From an uncultured virus (IMG/VR IMGVR_UViG_2724679352_000002) (lineage: Duplodnaviria > Heunggongvirae > Uroviricota > Caudoviricetes), in IMG/VR virus record IMGVR_UViG_2724679352_000002, positions 1 to 64,000 of that record: a stretch of DNA of 64,000 bases; one strand, 5' to 3'. Position numbers and translations under genes: made by a program. The first letter of the stretch is position 1; the number at the start of each line of letters is the position of its first letter. The notes below the pieces were generated by a model that saw only the letters and a list, made by a program, of their open reading frames with translations, was not told the origin of the DNA and made no database searches. This document shows, in pieces, positions 58,577-64,000 of this stretch.

Positions 58577-60184
58577 ATGAATTTTAATAATAAACTTATG
58601 GGGATTTTCAAGTCACCATTATTCAATCCTGAACTAAAATTTCACATATCCAAGCGTGACTATATAGATTTAACTATAAAAAGGATGAAATTTATTTTCA
58701 AAGAAAAAATAATTAACAATGACATGTGGCTTGGTCAGGGCAAAGAAATTAAATTCAATGAGTTGTGTGAAAATATAGGCTTAATTGGTGCATTCGATCA
58801 CTCATTAGCAATATCGATATCTATCCATATGATTTCTGGGAATGTTATGTTCACGCAATCTGACCTTATTCAGATGGGTAAATATCATGATGAAGTCAAT
58901 AATATGCACTGCATATACTCTATGTGTTGTTCAGAAATTGCCAACGGCACTAACTTAAAGAATCTGGAAACTACGGTAACCTATGATCATAAACATAAAA
59001 AATTGCTTCTCCATTCCCCAAGCTTTGGTTCATGTAAGTTTTGGATAGGGAATGCTCTCTACAGCGCATCTGTGGGTGTGGTATTAGCAAGACTTGTAGT
59101 TAATAATATTGATCATGGCCCTCATTGGTTCCGAGTTCCATTAAGGGATAAGGATGATGGGATATTATTCTCGGGTATAAATATCATCCCTGTAGGCCCT
59201 GAGGGAGGGATGCACGGAATACAGATGGCTGCAATTCGATTTAATCAGGTTGGTTTGCCTCTCGATGCTATGTTGCAACGCTATTCCAGCATATCTTCTG
59301 ACGGTGTATATCATAGCGAAATGGATCAACCACAGCGTTATATAAATTTATTTGAAACTTTTTTACAAGAAAGACTGATTCCATTATATATGCTAATCAA
59401 ATCCTCAGCTACTGCGCTTGATATCACATTTAAATACTCTCAAAATAGAATTATATCACATGAACCGACGTGTAAAACATTAATTATGGAGCCGCTTTTT
59501 TGCCAACGATTATATCCAGAGCTATTAAAGTCGGCTGCGATTATGATTATCGGAAAAATAATCGTCAGGAAATTTATAGACTCTTGGGAAAATAAAAATT
59601 CCTATAAAGAGTTGCAGATTATAGCTTCGACAGGAAAGTATATTGGAACAGCGTTGGGTTTGGATATTCTGCGTCAGTGTCGTTTGATGTGTGGGGCCTT
59701 AGGATTTCATCATTATAATAAAATCATCACATTGCAGAATGATGCAGAGGCAGCATTAACTTATGCTGGTGACAATTCTGTAATGTCATACCAAATTGCA
59801 AAGCATATGGTTAGAACACAGCGATTTAATAATCCGATGACTGTTCCCGCTAATCTTGCTCAAGAGGTTGAGAAGAAAGTCGTCGCTGATTGTCAACATA
59901 ACCCATTATCACATGCTGCCGCACAAATATTATCTTACTCTTATGGGTTAGATTTGGTTATTCAAGAGATACAAAATTCAGATATTTTAGATGATGAGCT
60001 GTTATTAGATTTAATTAATGTCTTTTCACCTTATTTGTCTGAAATTCCAAGCCCTATAGTTCCTACAATAGAGAGAATAACCTATCTGATTAACCTTATC
60101 TCACCGCCACCTGAACTAATAACAGCACCAATAGCTAATGCTGACTATACAAAGGAGTTCACTTCTAAGTTATATACTGAATGA
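58577..60184 (+). CDS. Acyl-CoA oxidase/dehydrogenase-like flavoprotein
   Basis: SEIANGTN..LETTVTYD, KFWIGN, HWFRVPLRD, CRLMCGALG, TYAGDN. Confidence 0.8.
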   Translation: MNFNNKLMGIFKSPLFNPELKFHISKRDYIDLTIKRMKFIFKEKIINNDMWLGQGKEIKFNELCENIGLIGAFDHSLAISISIHMISGNVMFTQSDLIQMGKYHDEVNNMHCIYSMCCSEIANGTNLKNLETTVTYDHKHKKLLLHSPSFGSCKFWIGNALYSASVGVVLARLVVNNIDHGPHWFRVPLRDKDDGILFSGINIIPVGPEGGMHGIQMAAIRFNQVGLPLDAMLQRYSSISSDGVYHSEMDQPQRYINLFETFLQERLIPLYMLIKSSATALDITFKYSQNRIISHEPTCKTLIMEPLFCQRLYPELLKSAAIMIIGKIIVRKFIDSWENKNSYKELQIIASTGKYIGTALGLDILRQCRLMCGALGFHHYNKIITLQNDAEAALTYAGDNSVMSYQIAKHMVRTQRFNNPMTVPANLAQEVEKKVVADCQHNPLSHAAAQILSYSYGLDLVIQEIQNSDILDDELLLDLINVFSPYLSEIPSPIVPTIERITYLINLISPPPELITAPIANADYTKEFTSKLYTE

Positions 60185-60237
60185 TGTGATATTTACTCAC
60201 CTGCATCACACTAATTAATCACTATAGGAATCACACT

Positions 60238-61281
60238 ATGAATACAACCAATTTCAATATAGACAAACAGGATGACAAAATTAAATCCCAGAAAATAAGG
60301 AAGGCCATAAGTAATCACTGTAAAGAAATGGAGAGAAAATATGGTATATTAAAACGCCAGGATGCATTGGGTCTTGGTATATTATCTTTCGCCATTGGGG
60401 TTTTTATCGTTAGTTCATTATGTTATCTCAATGGATATATCGCATGGTGGGGATGCATCATAATTAATGCCCTTTGCCTTTCTATTGCACATGAAATTGA
60501 ACATGATTTAATTCATAATTTATATTTCAAAAAAAATCGTTTCATGCATAACATAATGATGGCCATTGTATGGGGTGTTCGCCCTAGTACGGCTAACCCT
60601 TGGGTTAGGCGAAAAATTCACCTTAAACATCACCAAATGCCAGGGACATATGAGGACTTAGAGGAAAGGCTACTTTCTAATGGTCAGCACTGGGGGCTGT
60701 TGAGACTATGGATGACTAGTGATTTTATAGTTGCTACAGCGGTAGTGATATTACAATCTAAATCGATGGAAGAAAAAAGAGAGTTATTTAAGAAGGCAAT
60801 TAAGGCGTTTTTCCCACTCTCACTTCTACACTCAATAATTGCATATTCATTTATTATATTTCACTTGATAAATATTGTCTCACCACTATTTGGAGTGACA
60901 ATTACCTGGTCTGAAATGACTCTAAAAGTATTCAATGTTATTGATGTCGTAATGGTAATAATCACAGCGCCCAATATCCTGTGGTCGTTCTGCTTACATT
61001 TCGTCAGCTCAAACATGCATTATTACGGCGATAATGAAACTGGTAATACTATTCAGGAAACGCAGGTGCTTAATCCTTGGTGGCTTTTACCGTTCAACCT
61101 ATTTTGTTTTAACTTTGGTAGCACCCACGCAATACATCATTTTGTCGTCAATGAGCCTTTTTATATCAGACAATTATCAGCACCATTTGCACATAAAGTA
61201 ATGAGGGATATGGGGGTCAGGTTTAATGATTTTAAAACATTTAACCGAGCAAATAGATGGGGAGAAAATATAATTAAATAA
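60238..61281 (+). CDS. Membrane fatty acid desaturase
   Basis: His boxes HEIEH, HLKHH, HAIHH; TM segments. Confidence 0.9.
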   Translation: MNTTNFNIDKQDDKIKSQKIRKAISNHCKEMERKYGILKRQDALGLGILSFAIGVFIVSSLCYLNGYIAWWGCIIINALCLSIAHEIEHDLIHNLYFKKNRFMHNIMMAIVWGVRPSTANPWVRRKIHLKHHQMPGTYEDLEERLLSNGQHWGLLRLWMTSDFIVATAVVILQSKSMEEKRELFKKAIKAFFPLSLLHSIIAYSFIIFHLINIVSPLFGVTITWSEMTLKVFNVIDVVMVIITAPNILWSFCLHFVSSNMHYYGDNETGNTIQETQVLNPWWLLPFNLFCFNFGSTHAIHHFVVNEPFYIRQLSAPFAHKVMRDMGVRFNDFKTFNRANRWGENIIK

Positions 61282-61295
61282 TGGACGAGAAAAAA

Positions 61296-61742
61296 TCACA
61301 GACTAATAAAATCCAACGCCAGATCCCCAATCCATTCACTATCGCCGTCAGTAAAGCCCAATAACTGGCGGCGCTCGTATTTCACTGTTGGCCCGTTGCG
61401 GCTAACCTTATCGCGTAAGCCGTAGTGATGCACTCGCACCAGATTATTGACCTTACCGCTAAAGGTAACGGCGGCCTCGTCGGCGTTGGATTCGTTTTTG
61501 ATATAACGGGCGGTACGCAGTTGGGTAAACATATTGCGCTTGATACGGCCTTGTTTATCACGGCGTTTTTTCTTGCGCGGCACAAAGGGTGAGCCGTCCG
61601 GGTTCTGCTGTGCCTGAATATGCTTTTGCTGGCGCTGGCGTAACTCTTTAGCCACTTGACGCATAAACGCACCGCGTGCCTGTGGTGCCAATTGCGCCAG
61701 CAAAATGGATAAAGTTTGGTCTAATTCCTGTAAATCATTCAT
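61296..61742 (-). CDS. S: P2 gpS tail completion
   Basis: IQAQQNPDGS..VPRK...VHHYGL...RQLLGF. Confidence 0.9.
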   Translation of the reverse strand: MNDLQELDQTLSILLAQLAPQARGAFMRQVAKELRQRQQKHIQAQQNPDGSPFVPRKKKRRDKQGRIKRNMFTQLRTARYIKNESNADEAAVTFSGKVNNLVRVHHYGLRDKVSRNGPTVKYERRQLLGFTDGDSEWIGDLALDFISL

Positions 61743-62118
61743 AGCGACCACTCGGCCACTTTCTCACCCTTAATGTAAACCTCGTAGCTGCTCAGAGAGG
61801 CGTAAGGTTCTGGCGGCTCGTCCAGAGTAGTGACCGTTAATTTCCCGTCTTGCTCTTTAACGATGGTTCGCTCGGTGAGTTTGAGGTCAATACTGATATC
61901 GCGCAGTTTGTTATCCAGATAATTCGCTTCAAAGGTGAAACCATCCTGACGCTTATCATGATTTGCCATGATATCTGGCTGATTGGTGCGCAACCAGTGC
62001 AAAATCGGGACAATGACCAGATCCATATCACTGGCGTAATCGGTCACCACCAGATTTAAGGTGTACTGATATTCGAATGATAATGACGGGGCCAGCGTGG
62101 CAATAATCGCCCCTTTTA
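61739..62118 (-). pseudogene. R: P2 gpR, 5' end deleted at MITE
   Basis: SLSFEYQYTLNLVVTDY...WLRTNQPD...LTER; N-terminus absent. Confidence 0.85.
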
Positions 62119-62234
62119 TGTCAATTATGGTCTAAAAGTGAGCCACAGTTATGCTTTAAAAGTGTGCCACTACACTACTCTCGTGGAGCGGGTATTCTAT
62201 CAGGATCACTTCTTGTGATTTTTCATAATTGACA
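62119..62234. mobile_element. 116-bp MITE with IS21-family-like ends
   Basis: TGTCAATTATG...CATAATTGACA; internal AAAAGTGAGCCAC/AAAAGTGTGCCAC repeats. Confidence 0.7.
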
Positions 62235-62612
62235 GACGCTGATACCGGGCCTGAAAGGTTCTAACTCTCGGGCATCTGGCCACGTTTAGTCCGTATCGTC
62301 CGCATCATTTCAATTGCTTTGGTTAGTTCGAGGTAAAACCTCACCCGCCAGTCATTCTGGCAGCACCGATATGGCAAGGGGTTGTCGGCGCTCTCATATA
62401 GTTGCGCACGAATATTCACCTCTAACTTGGCCGTCCTACTTAAATATTTCCTTTCCCCTGCCGATAAAGATCTAAATAAGGTAGAAAGCATTATTTACGT
62501 CATTACTCAGGCAATTGGAGTGGGATTCATGATGGACATTTCTATGCGTATGCCACCTTAACGATTTCAGCCCTAACCGATGAATCGCCATTTTTGAACT
62601 TGAAGGAAAACC

Positions 62613-64000
62613 ATGAACAACACCCACAGCATTGTTTTAAATGGGAAATCTAATGTTTTACCGGCACTATCTCAGTTTCGACTTCATCCGATCGTGCTTG
62701 CTTGCGCTGCCGCATTGGCATTGGGAGCCACCACATTCCCCGTGCGTGCGGCCGACTGCAGCATAAACGGCACCACTTACGCTAACTGCACACAGGGTCA
62801 GGCAGGAACTTCCGGTATTAATGCCTCCGGCGCGGAGGGGACTACAGGGAGTAATGGTAACACGGCTGGAAACCCAACTAATGCTGGGACTCATGGTAAT
62901 AACGGTGGAGATGCCACCAATACTGCAACATCAGGTGGCGTAGGTGACGTGGCCGCAACAGGCGGTACCCTCAATGTCACCACTGGTAGCTTACTTGCGG
63001 GCGGTGCGGGCGGTTCTGGTGGTAATGCCAATGGCGGCAACGGCGGTAACGGCGGCTGGCCTGTACAGGGAAGCAATGCCAACGGCGGAAATGGGGGAGA
63101 TGCGGGTCTGTCCGGAATTGCCCAAAATGGCGGTATGGGTGGCAACGCGATTGCGGGGAGCGGGTTCACCGTAAACAATGGCGGCTCAATCTTTGGTGGG
63201 GCGGGGGGGGCTGGTGGTAACGCTCTCGGCGGTGCAGGTGGCCGGGGAGGGCAAGGTGCAAACAATTTCGGTCATTCCGGCGATGGTGGTGATGGAACTG
63301 CCGGTGGTATTGCCGGGAATGGGGCGGCGGGCGGCATTGCCGTGACAGGGAGTCATTTCGATCTGGTCAGCCAGGGTATTATCCGAGGTGGAAATGGCGG
63401 GGGAGCCGGTTTAGCGACCGGTGGGGCTGCAGGTAGCACAGACCTTGCGGGTGCGCCCGGAGGCACTATGGGGTCAGCGGGACAGGCAGGTGCCGATGGT
63501 ACTGCAGGATCTTATGGTGCTGGTGGGGTCGGTGTTATATCTACTGGCTCAAGCACCATCACGACATCGAATATTATCGCTGGGGGGCTCGCGGGCGACA
63601 GAAAGACGCAGGCTAACGCGATTGAACTTTCAGGCGGAAATAACACGCTGACCCTTGAATCCGGCTACAGTTTTGTTGGCAATGTGATTAGCAGTGGTGG
63701 GGACACGCTGGTGCTAGGCGGAGATACCAACAGCAGTTTTTCTGTCGCCAGTCTCGCGGCGTCATCACCATCCTCATGGACCGGTGATGTGCAATATTAT
63801 GGCTTCAACAACTATGTAAAAACCGGTAACAGCACTTGGACACTGAGCGGCTCAACCACAGAAGTCACAGCATGGAACATCAATGCTGGCACTCTGTCAG
63901 TGTCGAGTGATAGCAACCTCGGAGCAACAGCGAGCGCGCTGACTTTCGGCAGCGGTACGCTAGAAAATACCGCTGTAATCAGTACAGCACGAGACATGCT
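62613..64000 (+). CDS. Gly-rich autotransporter/adhesin, partial (runs off window)
   Basis: AAGGA RBS; extended signal peptide ending VRA; GGxGG repeats; KTGNSTWTLSG and WNINAGTL passenger repeats; frame consistent at points checked (63192, 63801). Confidence 0.85.
   Translation, partial: MNNTHSIVLNGKSNVLPALSQFRLHPIVLACAAALALGATTFPVRAADCSINGTTYANCTQGQAGTSGINASGAEGTTGSNGNTAGNPTNAGTHGNNGGDATNTATSGGVGDVAATGGTLNVTTGSLLAGGAGGSGGNANGGNGGNGGWPVQGSNANGGNGGDAGLSGIAQNGGMGGNAIAGSGFTVNNGGSIFGGAGGAGGNALGGAGGRGGQGANNFGHSGDGGDGTAGGIAGNGAAGGIAVTGSHFDLVSQGIIRGGNGGGAGLATGGAAGSTDLAGAPGGTMGSAGQAGADGTAGSYGAGGVGVISTGSSTITTSNIIAGGLAGDRKTQANAIELSGGNNTLTLESGYSFVGNVISSGGDTLVLGGDTNSSFSVASLAASSPSSWTGDVQYYGFNNYVKTGNSTWTLSGSTTEVTAWNINAGTLSVSSDSNLGATASALTFGSGTLENTAVISTARDM

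Larger units (their letters stand above)
40934..62118 (-). mobile_element. Defective P2-like prophage (tail-only remnant) with cargo
   Basis: ogr-D-U-T-E-FII-FI ... G/H-I-J-W-V ... S-R order; no head, lysis or replication genes in window. Confidence 0.9.

Noticed and set aside
41125..62118. Functional tailocin call
   Set aside because: gpI, fibre, chaperone and gpR are disrupted and no lysis genes are present in the element
62261..62491. 76-aa minus-strand ORF, possible transposase fragment
   Set aside because: No recognisable motif or RBS

Overview
Enterobacterial (probably Yersinia-like; inferred) chromosome segment containing two tandem prophage elements and the start of a host gene. (1) 1-40933: a nearly complete temperate prophage. 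It has a lambdoid early region (int, xis, Gp157, recombination gene, cI/cro/YdaT, replication initiator + DnaB, two DNA MTases, Q), a lysis cassette, terminase/head genes, a contractile (myovirus-type) tail and several AT-rich morons. It ends at an attR whose 46-N gap has exactly the length expected for the 3' part of tRNA-Leu(TAA). (2) ~40934-62118: a headless, decaying P2-like tail remnant (ogr, D, U, T, E/E', FII, FI intact; H, G/tfa, I, R broken; J, W, V, S intact). Its FI-tail fibre interval holds a cassette array delimited by five copies of a repeat of up to ~55 bp and carrying two c4-like antisense RNA modules, Rpn with an internal antitoxin start, an Icd-like gene and three type II TA systems. 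Its V-S interval carries an acyl-CoA oxidase-like + desaturase pair. (3) A 116-bp IS21-like MITE, followed by a Gly-rich autotransporter running off the window. The most notable unannotated signals are: an uncalled CsrA-like ORF together with a six-copy RBS-overlapping motif; a repeated matS-like palindrome next to a MatP-like RHH gene; two dif-like sites beside morons; YdaT operators at pRE- and pI-like positions; and the repeat-delimited cassette array. All family assignments are from recall of sequence motifs, not database searches.
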